Part shown: positions 1 through 7,959 of the stretch, piece by piece
How positions within the stretch are numbered: position 1 is the first letter of the stretch
How the letters are laid out: each line of letters begins with the position of its first letter
Assembly: GCA_036266795.1 (NCBI GenBank)
Contig: DATAXJ010000025.1
Location: 101,632 to 165,631 of the forward strand
Length of the DNA: 64,000 nucleotides
Source: Steroidobacteraceae bacterium
Lineage (GTDB): Bacteria; Pseudomonadota; Gammaproteobacteria; Steroidobacterales; Steroidobacteraceae
Direction: 5' to 3'
Position numbers and translations under genes: made by a program
The notes under the pieces: generated by a model
Told to the model about the DNA's origin: nothing
Seen by the model: the letters and a program-made list of their open reading frames with translations, nothing else
The model's database searches: none

Positions 1-835
1 CGGGGTCCCCGTGAATGATGAACGCGTCGCGCACGCCTGGCTGCGCCTTGAGCGTATCGAGATTGGCGCTGAGGGCGCGGCTGCCGAACACCGGCGCCTT
101 CTCGTACACCGCGTACAACATGCCCGGCAGGGTCTGATCGATGCCGAATATCGGCTCGCCCCCGAGCACGCGCGGGCCGTCCACCTGCGGCACGAAGGTG
201 CCGATGATTTTGTAGTCCTTCGGATTCTTCAGCGGCACGCTGTGCAGGGCCGGTGCCGGCAGGTGCGCCGCCCGGCTCGCGAGCGCCCCGTAGCTTACCT
301 GTCGAGCGCTGGCACGGTGGTGCACGACACCCTGCTCGGTCTCGCATTCGCTCGCCGGCACGTGCCAGAGGCCGGCGGCAGCCTGGAGCATCAATTGTCG
401 ACCTGCGGCCCCTGCGCGCCGCATCGGATCGTATTGCAGCGGTGTCGTCAGGCTCCCATAGGAAAATTGCGGTCCGTATACGGCCGGATCCACAGGCGCG
501 GTCTCAACGCGCACGCTCGACCAGGGCACATCCAGCTCATCGGCGATGAGCATCGGCAGAGAGGTCTTGGTGCCCTGCCCCATGTCGGGGCTGCGCGCCA
601 TGATGGTGACCATCCCATCGGGTGCGATGCGAATATACGCGGTGACCCGGGTGCTGGTATCGGACGGCGTATGGCTGCTGGCCGGACGCGCTGCCGCCAG
701 AGCGGGCAGTGTCAGACTCAGCATCAGGCCGCCGCCAGCGGCGAGGCTCGTTCTGAGGAAGTCGCGCCGGGTGGGATCGTGAGGCGCTGCGAGTTGGTCT
801 GTTGCCACAGCATTCATCCTGATCGTGTGAGCCAT
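1..835 (-). CDS. Molybdopterin-binding oxidoreductase beta subunit (IorB / aldehyde oxidase-xanthine dehydrogenase family), N-terminal part; gene runs off the window start
   Basis: Own translation of the minus strand from ATG at 835: MAHTIRMNAVATDQLAAPHDPTRRDFLRTSLAAGGGLMLSL... (twin-arginine signal), then ...IAPDGMVTIMARSPDMGQGTKTSLPMLIADELDV... It stays open to position 1. It is absent from the ORF track because there is no stop in the window. Confidence 0.75.
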   Translation of the reverse strand, partial: MAHTIRMNAVATDQLAAPHDPTRRDFLRTSLAAGGGLMLSLTLPALAAARPASSHTPSDTSTRVTAYIRIAPDGMVTIMARSPDMGQGTKTSLPMLIADELDVPWSSVRVETAPVDPAVYGPQFSYGSLTTPLQYDPMRRAGAAGRQLMLQAAAGLWHVPASECETEQGVVHHRASARQVSYGALASRAAHLPAPALHSVPLKNPKDYKIIGTFVPQVDGPRVLGGEPIFGIDQTLPGMLYAVYEKAPVFGSRALSANLDTLKAQPGVRDAFIIHGDP

Positions 836-952
836 GAGACTCCCGCCTGCAGGAAGGATCCGCCGAGTATACACCCACTGGTGTTGCGGAGCCGCGAGAC
901 GCTGGCAAGGGGCCGCGGAAGAAAGTCGTCGCGCAGTGCGTCCGCTATCTGC

Positions 953-1768
953 ATGATGTCTCGAGCCGAGAATCGCATTGCATGCCAGGGTGCCGTGAAC
1001 GACTGGTCCCCCACGGACTATTTGAAATTCGAGGATGAGCGCACTCGTGCAGCGCGCGATCTGCTCGCGCAGGTGCGGCCCAGACATGTGCGCAGGGTGG
1101 TCGACGTGGGCTGCGGGCCTGGCAATTCCACTGAATTACTCGCGGTTCGCTATCCGCAAGCACAGATCCTGGGCATCGACAGCTCGCCTGCGATGCTTGC
1201 GCAAGCGCACCAGCGCCTGCCGCACGTGCGCTTCGAGCAGGCCGATGCGACCGTATGGCTGCCCGATGGGGACGTCGATTTGGTGTTTGCCAACGCCACC
1301 TATCAATGGATCCCCCGTCACCTTGAGCAGCTCTCGCGGGTCCTCTCGGTTCTGCAGCCTGGAGGTACGCTCGCCGTGCAGATGCCCGACAATCTTGAGG
1401 AGCCGACGCACCGGCTGATGACTGAGGTGGCCATGGGTCAGCTGTGGAGTGCGCGCCTCACAGGCGCGGTGCGCGAACCGCTACCGCCGGCGCGAACCTA
1501 TTACGAGGCTTTGAAGACCCAGGCCTCGCGACTCGAGCTTTGGCGCACGATCTATCATCACCCGCTGCGCGACGCGGCGGCGATCGTCGAATTCGTCAGC
1601 GCCACGGGCCTGCGTCCGTTTCTCGATCCATTGTCCGAGCAGGAGCGCGCCAAATTTCTCACTGCTTATACCGCCAAAATCGCGCAAGCTTATCCCCCGC
1701 TCGCCGACGGCAATGTACTGCTGTCTTATCCCCGCCTGTTCCTCGTCGCTGAACGAGCTGGCGCGTAG
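953..1768 (+). CDS. tam: Trans-aconitate 2-methyltransferase (class I SAM methyltransferase)
   Basis: C-terminal 271 aa of ORF 11..1768: DWSPTDYLKFEDERTRAARDLL, then the SAM motif VVDVGCGPGNSTELL, over a Tam-like length. The upstream part of the long ORF is antisense to the IorB-like gene. Confidence 0.85.
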   Translation: MMSRAENRIACQGAVNDWSPTDYLKFEDERTRAARDLLAQVRPRHVRRVVDVGCGPGNSTELLAVRYPQAQILGIDSSPAMLAQAHQRLPHVRFEQADATVWLPDGDVDLVFANATYQWIPRHLEQLSRVLSVLQPGGTLAVQMPDNLEEPTHRLMTEVAMGQLWSARLTGAVREPLPPARTYYEALKTQASRLELWRTIYHHPLRDAAAIVEFVSATGLRPFLDPLSEQERAKFLTAYTAKIAQAYPPLADGNVLLSYPRLFLVAERAGA

Positions 1769-1786
1769 CCGCGTCCCCTTCTGGGC

Positions 1787-2686
1787 TCATTTGATGGGTG
1801 GCTTGGGAAGCACAGCTTCTCCCCCTGCCATCCCATAGGTGTAGTCGAGCGAGTACCAGGGCGCCGCAACCGCCGTATCCTGTGGGTGCGGCTCGTCGTG
1901 CCTGATGTAATCGCCGGTGGTCGCTTCGGTGACGCCGAACTGCACGTCCGAAGCGTAGTAGGGATCGCCCGGATCATAAACCTGACTAATCAACACCTTG
2001 AAGCCAGGCTTGAAGATCAGCGCGTGCAGATGCCCCGGTCGGAACGGATGCCTTCCCTGAGCTGCCAGCAAACGGCCGACGACGCCATCGGTCGGAATGG
2101 GGTAGCCAGCCATCATCACCGTGCGGAACCAAAAGCGGCCATGTGCGTCGGTGCGGAATTTGCCCCTGAGATTCATATCCGCCTGGTTCGGATCCTGACT
2201 TTCATAGAAGCCCAAGGGCGAGGCTTGCCAGATGTCCACCTCCGCGTCGGCGATCGGTGCGCCCATCGGATCGATCACCCGCGCATTGACGAACAGCGTT
2301 GGCCCCGGCGTGGGCGAACGCACGATCGAACCGCCGTTCGGTGTGGGCGGCGAATGCATCCGCCAGAAGGGACCCAGCAGGTTTTGCGAGGTTTGATGCT
2401 GGCCTTGATCGCTGTTGTTCATCAGACAGATCAAGATGGACACGCCAAGCGATCCCGCCATCAGCACCGCTTCGTTATGCGTATCGCTGCTGATCTTGCC
2501 AAACTCGTTGATGATCGCGGCCGCCTCACGGAACTCGGCTTCGGTCATCCGCACGTCCCGGACGAAACCGTGCAGGTGCTTTACCAGCGACACCATGATT
2601 TCGCGCAGCCGTGGATCGGCCGTGCGCTCCATCACCCGCAAGACCGCTGGCGTCACATCGTTCTCATTACGGATCATGGTCCGCAC
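1787..2686 (-). CDS. Intradiol ring-cleavage dioxygenase (hydroxyquinol/catechol 1,2-dioxygenase family)
   Basis: 299 aa; LGPFW..., ...DIWQASPLGFYE..., GYPIPTDG, RPGHLHALI are typical of intradiol dioxygenases with the N-terminal helical domain. Confidence 0.85.
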   Translation of the reverse strand: MRTMIRNENDVTPAVLRVMERTADPRLREIMVSLVKHLHGFVRDVRMTEAEFREAAAIINEFGKISSDTHNEAVLMAGSLGVSILICLMNNSDQGQHQTSQNLLGPFWRMHSPPTPNGGSIVRSPTPGPTLFVNARVIDPMGAPIADAEVDIWQASPLGFYESQDPNQADMNLRGKFRTDAHGRFWFRTVMMAGYPIPTDGVVGRLLAAQGRHPFRPGHLHALIFKPGFKVLISQVYDPGDPYYASDVQFGVTEATTGDYIRHDEPHPQDTAVAAPWYSLDYTYGMAGGEAVLPKPPIK

Positions 2687-2767
2687 CCCGGCGCAAGCAA
2701 CAATGAAGCTCGATGAAGCATAAGATACGGGGCAGCGGTGCGATAGCTGCCAGCAGCATCCCGGGAG

Positions 2768-3247
2768 TCATCCTGGAAAGGCCTTCGCGACGTCGACCAG
2801 CCATTGGCGGATGACAGGCTCGGTATTCGCATTCGTCTTGGCCCGTAGCACCGCTTCGACGGGTGCGGTAAGGGCGCGGCAGCGCTGATTCAGCGCCCGT
2901 CCTTCGTCCGTGATAATCAGCCGCAAGATGCGGCCGTGCACGCTATGCGGCTCCTTTCTGATGGCACCGCGCACCTCGAGCGCGCGCACGATTCCGTTGA
3001 TGGTCTGCGCAGTCAGCATCGTCAGGCGCGCCAGATCGGCTGCCGAGATGGCCTCATAGGCGCGGATCATCGTCAGCGCCGACTGCTGCGGATGAGTCAT
3101 GTTTTCTTTCGCGAGCGCACGGTCGAGCGCGAGTCGCACTGACGCGTTCGCCTGTCGCAGCAAATAAGTGAGGTATCCCTCGGGCCCGCGCTTTGCCTCG
3201 CCCACCAGCGGCAGGCGTGGCAGCCCTTCGCGATTGTCTTTGGTCAC
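2768..3247 (-). CDS. MarR family transcriptional regulator
   Basis: 159 aa; winged-helix pattern LTHPQQSALTMI...ISAADLARLTMLTAQTINGIVRALEVRGAIRKEPH..HGRILRL.ITDEG. Confidence 0.85.
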   Translation of the reverse strand: MTKDNREGLPRLPLVGEAKRGPEGYLTYLLRQANASVRLALDRALAKENMTHPQQSALTMIRAYEAISAADLARLTMLTAQTINGIVRALEVRGAIRKEPHSVHGRILRLIITDEGRALNQRCRALTAPVEAVLRAKTNANTEPVIRQWLVDVAKAFPG

Positions 3248-3249
3248 TT

Positions 3250-3284
3250 TATCAGTACGCTGATATCATATCAGTACGCTGATA
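3250..3284. promoter_or_regulatory. Two tandem copies of a 16-bp palindrome TATCAGTACGCTGATA (candidate MarR operators) in the marR/GNAT divergent intergenic region
   Basis: Exact copies at 3250-3265 and 3269-3284 (19-bp register). Each has 6-bp inverted arms TATCAG/CTGATA around TACG. Confidence 0.5.
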
Positions 3285-3318
3285 ATAGCAGAAGCCGAAA
3301 AGACACAGGAAGCGCGCG

Positions 3319-3930
3319 ATGAATCCCATGCCCGTCGTTCTCGAACGAGGAGCAGTTCGCTTGGAGCCCATGAGCGAGCAGCATGTGGCCGCACTTCAGG
3401 AAGCGGCGCGGGATGGTGCGCTGTGGGAGCTTTGGTTTACCACAGTGCCAACACCCGGGGAGACGGCGGCCTATGTGGCCACGGCATTGCAGGGCTTAAA
3501 GGCTGGCCACATGCTTCCCTGGGTGGTGCGCGATCTCGGATCCGGTGCCATCGTCGGCAGCACCCGTTATCACGATATCGTCGCCCAGATCGATCGCGTC
3601 GAGATCGGGTCCACCTGGTATGCGCAGAGCTTTCAAAGAAGCCATGTCAACACCACTTGCAAGCTCATGCTTCTCGAGCACGCGTTCGAGACGCTCCATT
3701 GCAAAGTGGTCGGCCTGCGCACCGACAACTACAATTTCCGATCGCAACGGGCTATCGAAGCGTTAGGCGCAAAGAAGGACGGCGTGATCCGCCATCACAC
3801 AGCCCGCAAAGACGGCACGGTGCGCGACACCCACATGTACAGCATCGTCCTCAGCGAATGGCCGGATGTGAAGCGTCATCTGGAATCACGCCTGAAACAG
3901 CATTCCGCCCATGCGATCGCTGCTCGATAA
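3319..3930 (+). CDS. GNAT family N-acetyltransferase (RimJ/RimL-like)
   Basis: 203 aa; VRLEPM...H...L, RVEIGSTWY...QRSHVNTTCKLMLLEHAFE...VGLRTDNYNFRSQRAIEALGAKKDGVIRHH. Confidence 0.8.
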   Translation: MNPMPVVLERGAVRLEPMSEQHVAALQEAARDGALWELWFTTVPTPGETAAYVATALQGLKAGHMLPWVVRDLGSGAIVGSTRYHDIVAQIDRVEIGSTWYAQSFQRSHVNTTCKLMLLEHAFETLHCKVVGLRTDNYNFRSQRAIEALGAKKDGVIRHHTARKDGTVRDTHMYSIVLSEWPDVKRHLESRLKQHSAHAIAAR

Positions 3931-3963
3931 CATCATCTGGAACTCACCCACCGGTCGTGCGGG

Positions 3964-4509
3964 TCATCTCATTGCACGCGCCGTGACAGGTGTCACGGCC
4001 GGCGGTAGCCATGTGCCATCATTTATAGAAGGCGCGCTGTCCTTCGGCCAATACATCCGCAACGTGATGTTGAAGTTTCCCTCGGGTGCTGGTAGCCAGT
4101 TTGCCTCCTTGCCCTCGTCGGGGGGATCACGTTGAATGTAAAGCACGATCGAGCCGCCGTCGTCTTGGCGAAGCGGCATCCAGCTGCTGATTGCATAGCG
4201 ACTGATGGGGTTATCCACGAAGAATGAATGCGAGTCGTACATCGTGACGGACCAGAAGGCATTGACCGGCGGCGTTAAAGCCTTGTCGAAGCGCAGGGTG
4301 TAGCGGTTCGCGCCAGTCAGGGGCTTATTGGCTGCATCCACAAATGTGGTTGGATAGATAGCGTCCGCGGGACGGTTGGCGCCGAATGCGAGCAACGCAA
4401 TGATCCCGCGGGTCCCGTAGTCGGTGCCGTGGCGAAGCTGCCTGGCTGTGTGCCTGTCGTCCGAGACCCTGGGGCCGCGAACACCAAGCAACTTCACTCC
4501 ACTGCGCAA
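3964..4509 (-). CDS. DUF1214 domain protein; the usual DUF1254 partner or N-terminal half is missing (possibly a truncated remnant)
   Basis: 181 aa; ...GANRPADAIYPTT...PLTGANRYTLRF...PPVNAFWSVTMYD...NWLPAPEG.FNITLRMYWP. No DUF1254-like sequence in any frame upstream. Confidence 0.55.
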   Translation of the reverse strand: MRSGVKLLGVRGPRVSDDRHTARQLRHGTDYGTRGIIALLAFGANRPADAIYPTTFVDAANKPLTGANRYTLRFDKALTPPVNAFWSVTMYDSHSFFVDNPISRYAISSWMPLRQDDGGSIVLYIQRDPPDEGKEANWLPAPEGNFNITLRMYWPKDSAPSINDGTWLPPAVTPVTARAMR

Positions 4510-4589
4510 GGTGTTGGGGCTGCGAATGCAGGCGCTTTATACTTGACGCCATACGCTGCGAATCCATCGTTAGACGAGGGAGAAAGAAT

Positions 4590-5003
4590 ATGAGGGGAAC
4601 AGCAGTTGCGACGGCGACTCTTGCGCTGTCGCTCGTCATGAGTGCCGCGAGTTTCGCCCAATACCGGCCATACACCCCGAGAAACGTGAAAACCCGGAAA
4701 ATCGGCGGCACTCTCGTTTTCGTCAGTGCCGAGGACATGACGCTTTATACTTTCGATCGCGACTCCAGCGGTGTGTCGACCTGCTATGGACAGTGCACAA
4801 AACTTTGGGCGCCATTGCCGGCCCGCAGCGAGCACAATCTCGGATCCTGGTCGATGATTCTCCGCAATGACGGCAGCAAACAGTGGGCATACCGGGGCAA
4901 ACCGGTCTATACATTTGCACAGGACCAAGCACCCGGTGACGCCAAGGGAGACAACTCCGGCCCGAAGGGGACGCATCTCTGGCACGTCATCAAGGTGCAA
5001 TAG
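4590..5003 (+). CDS. Secreted protein of the COG4315 'Yx(FWY)xxD repeat' family
   Basis: 137 aa; signal peptide ATATLALSLVMSAASFA, then two repeats (TLYTFDRDS...CYGQCTKLWAPL and KPVYTFAQDQAPGDAKGD). Confidence 0.75.
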   Translation: MRGTAVATATLALSLVMSAASFAQYRPYTPRNVKTRKIGGTLVFVSAEDMTLYTFDRDSSGVSTCYGQCTKLWAPLPARSEHNLGSWSMILRNDGSKQWAYRGKPVYTFAQDQAPGDAKGDNSGPKGTHLWHVIKVQ

Positions 5004-5193
5004 TTTTGACGCAACAGTTGGACTTTCCAAAGCGCGTGCATCGTAATTACGATGCACCGATGACCACGGGCATGGGTTTGATCACATTTGGAGGCGAGTC
5101 CGGCAGCTCCTAGCCCTGCGGTATCCACGCCTCGGGAGTCCTTGCCCATGCCGATCGGTGTAACCGGTGTCACCAGCCGTCGCCAACGCCATA

Positions 5194-5547
5194 TCACGCC
5201 ATTCCCCACTTCACAGAGCGCTTCAATGCCGGCAGCGTCTTGGCCGCCAGGGCGTCGACACGTTCGGCGATGCCGCGATGCGGCTGCGGCAGGCTGCGGA
5301 TATACGCAAAAACGGGCTCGTCCCCTTCCGCGGTCTTTGCGAGGCTTGCCCAGCCAGTCATGGCGACCGGCAACATCGTGGCGACGACTTCCGCGGCCGT
5401 GTGCTCGCCGGGCTTGTGTGCCTTCGGCTTCTGCTTCGACTTGCGGAGCGGGCTGGCAACCGGGTCTCCAGTCGCCGTGCGGCTTACCTTCTTGACGACA
5501 ATTGCCCGTGCCATTTTCCGCTCTCCCCACGATTCGCCGACGAGCAC
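5194..5547 (-). pseudogene. DUF1801 (YdhG-like) gene interrupted by in-frame TGA codons and a downstream frame break
   Basis: The ORF ends ...LKRSVKWGMA*. Reading through gives YGVGDGW* and then loses the family pattern. A shifted frame retains ...PIGMGKDSRGVD..., suggesting an internal deletion. Confidence 0.5.
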
Positions 5548-5559
5548 GGTTAGTATGTC

Positions 5560-5865
5560 CTTGGCGTGACAATCTCAGGCAGCAGGGCGGCCGTCGTCTG
5601 GAGGTGTCCGCCACCCGTCTCATCGGCCAGCCCCGGCTAACCGTTCTATCCGTCGCGCTATCTGTAGGTTTTGGATCTACTGCCGTGGATGGTGTCCAAT
5701 CACCTGCTGGGGAAGCCGCGGTATGGCGTAAGTCATGATGATCCCACCGTTACTGCGCCCGACAAGTGTCGCTATGATGCGGCGATAGAAATCACCGAGC
5801 CGCTGATCGCGCGTGGCCAAGCGCTATGTAGAGCTGAACCAAGACCTCGCCGATCCATCTCGTGA
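5560..5865 (+). pseudogene. Decayed AraC-family / GyrI-like regulator remnant
   Basis: Frame 1 reads ...LSVALSVGFGS... (AraC HTH helix). Frame 2 reads ...KPRYGVSHDDPTVTAPDKCRYDAAIEI... (GyrI-like effector domain). The two parts are out of frame and lack the intervening roughly 100 aa. Confidence 0.45.
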
Positions 5866-6106
5866 AAGTCAGATTCCAGATGAGGTGCTGGACAAAGCAA
5901 AACAAGCGATTGTGCTGGATGATCTGAAACTGCATCTCCGAAGTTAGCAATATCGGAGAAGCAAACGGCTACGAACGGTTCGGAGAGAACAGATTGCGTG
6001 CCAATTTGCAACAGATCATGAACCAGGCCAGGAATTGGACGCACGCCCTGCCTCGCGCCGCTGAACCCATTCCGGCCAACGCCGCGGACGATTAACATGC
6101 GATGCC

Positions 6107-7687
6107 ATGACTTCCTGTATGAGGCGCACGACGACGTCAAAGCAGCGCCACTCCGTCCGAATTCAATTCTCCTCGGCGAAAGTGTTCGCCGTCTCTTCGG
6201 CCGCCGCGGCGTCGTTTTTCTTCATAGGTGCGCCATACGCAGCGGATTCGTCTGAGAGCGCCATTAATTTATCTCAGAGCGTACCCAAGACTGTAGGGAC
6301 GGCTTCGCCCGGAGCAGCGTCCATTGGTCCATCCGTGCTATTGGCAGTCCATACCTGCGGCAACCTTTCGGAATTTTTTGCCGACAACTGCTCTCTCACC
6401 TGGCATGGAGTGACGTTGTACGGCACGATCGACATCGGCGGGACCTGGCAGAGTCGTGGGGCAGCGTTCAATCCATCCTCCCCTCCCGGAGAGGAGTACC
6501 TGCTGCAAAAGAACAGCAGCCGCGTGGGATTTGGTCTTGCGCCTGACGCGGTCAGTCAATCAGCAATCGGAATCAAGGGAAATGAGAACCTAAGTCCCGG
6601 ATGGACATTTGTTTTCGATCTCGAGACGGGGTTCGACCCTGTTTCCTTACGTTTGGCGAATGGGCCAGGATCTATTGCTCAGAATGCGGGGGTCCCGCTC
6701 TCCAGCCAGAGTTCGAACACCGATTCAAGCCGGGCCGGGCAGTTCTATAACTCCCTTGGCTACATGGGCGTAAGTTCGCACGCTTACGGCACTCTGACTG
6801 TGTTTCGGCAGAACTCACTCACGTTGGATGGAGTGCTTGCCTACGACCCGATGGGCGGCTCCTATGCATTCTCCCCGATCGGTTATCAAGGTATTACATG
6901 CGGCGTGGGAGACACCGAAGACTGCAGGTTCACAACGGCCCTGAAGTATCGTGTCGCCGCCGGTCCATTTCGGGCCGCGGCGCTGTGGCAATTCGGCGGC
7001 TACGACTCGAATAACGCATCGAGCGGCGCCTACCAGTTGCAAGCCGGCGGAGACATCTCTCACGTGGCCAGGGGCTCAATTTCCATCGACGTCATTTACA
7101 GCCGCGTCAAAGACGCCGTGGCGATCGGGCTCGCGGGGAACACACTGCCGGTAGCGTTGCCGCAGGTACTGACTGCGACGCTTTCCAATGACACCAGCTG
7201 GATGACTCTCGCCAAATATTCGAATGGCGCTACCAAACTATATGGCGGCTACGAATGGATCCAATACGCGCCCCCTGGCGATCCGAAAAGACAATTCACC
7301 GATATAGCTGGAAGCTTTTTGTGCGCGGGATGTGGCACAAGCAACAATACGAATATCAACAATACGGCCTTCACCATCCACGATAAAATCCTGCAGGTAT
7401 TGTGGCTTGGGGCCAAATACGCCGTCACTCCACAGCTCACTGTAGCGACAGCTTACTACCAGTACCTCCAGAACAGTTACGGCGGGGGTGCGACGTGCGA
7501 AAGCGCCGCGAAGGCGACATGCAGCGGCCTGTACAACGCCGTCTCCTTCACCATCGATTGGGAGATTGCCGCGAAGTTTGATGCCTACGAGGGAATGATG
7601 TACCAGACAGTCGCCGGTGGATTATCGAACGGGTTCCTTCATCGGAACACCATTGATCCGACGATCGGGCTCCGGTTCCGATTTTGA
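6107..7687 (+). CDS. Outer-membrane general porin (Gram-negative porin family)
   Basis: 526 aa; signal-like AVSSAAAASFFFIGAPYAAD, VTLYGTIDIGGTWQS, alternating beta-strand pattern, C-terminal ...IGLRFRF. Exact start uncertain. Confidence 0.8.
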   Translation: MTSCMRRTTTSKQRHSVRIQFSSAKVFAVSSAAAASFFFIGAPYAADSSESAINLSQSVPKTVGTASPGAASIGPSVLLAVHTCGNLSEFFADNCSLTWHGVTLYGTIDIGGTWQSRGAAFNPSSPPGEEYLLQKNSSRVGFGLAPDAVSQSAIGIKGNENLSPGWTFVFDLETGFDPVSLRLANGPGSIAQNAGVPLSSQSSNTDSSRAGQFYNSLGYMGVSSHAYGTLTVFRQNSLTLDGVLAYDPMGGSYAFSPIGYQGITCGVGDTEDCRFTTALKYRVAAGPFRAAALWQFGGYDSNNASSGAYQLQAGGDISHVARGSISIDVIYSRVKDAVAIGLAGNTLPVALPQVLTATLSNDTSWMTLAKYSNGATKLYGGYEWIQYAPPGDPKRQFTDIAGSFLCAGCGTSNNTNINNTAFTIHDKILQVLWLGAKYAVTPQLTVATAYYQYLQNSYGGGATCESAAKATCSGLYNAVSFTIDWEIAAKFDAYEGMMYQTVAGGLSNGFLHRNTIDPTIGLRFRF

Positions 7688-7716
7688 AGAGTGGTAGACT
7701 TCCGGGGCGCTGCCGT

Positions 7717-7875
7717 CTAGGGCACCTTAGTCCCCAAACTCCCTGCTGGATAAATCATGAACTCCAGGAGATTTCCGTCGGGGTCGCGGACGTAGACGCT
7801 GGAACCTGTGATCTGGCGGCCGCCTTGCCGTGCGACGGGTCCCAGCTCGATTTTGGCTCCCACTTTGTCCAGCAT
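7717..7875 (-). pseudogene. C-terminal fragment of a VOC/glyoxalase-family protein
   Basis: Own translation: MLDKVGAKIELGPVARQGGRQITGSSVYVRDPDGNLLEFMIYPAGSLGTKVP* (52 aa). The upstream frame is closed by a stop, so there is no N-terminal half. Confidence 0.4.
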
Positions 7876-7959
7876 GCCGCCTCGACCTCAGGTGCGCCCG
7901 GCTATTTCAGGATTGGCGCTTCAGCGCTGACAAGACGAATGCTCACTATGCCAGCGCGC

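Noticed and set aside
11-952. The 5' two-thirds of the 585-aa plus-strand ORF 11..1768, considered as part of one large protein.
   Set aside because: Only the last 271 aa look like a real protein (Tam). The upstream part is Arg/His/Ala-rich and lies exactly antisense to a well-formed IorB-like coding frame with a Tat signal.
5167-5196. In-frame TGA codons in the DUF1801 gene as selenocysteine or tryptophan recoding.
   Set aside because: There are two TGAs within 9 codons and no obvious SECIS-like hairpin. The family pattern is lost and shifted after the second TGA, so pseudogenisation is the simpler explanation.
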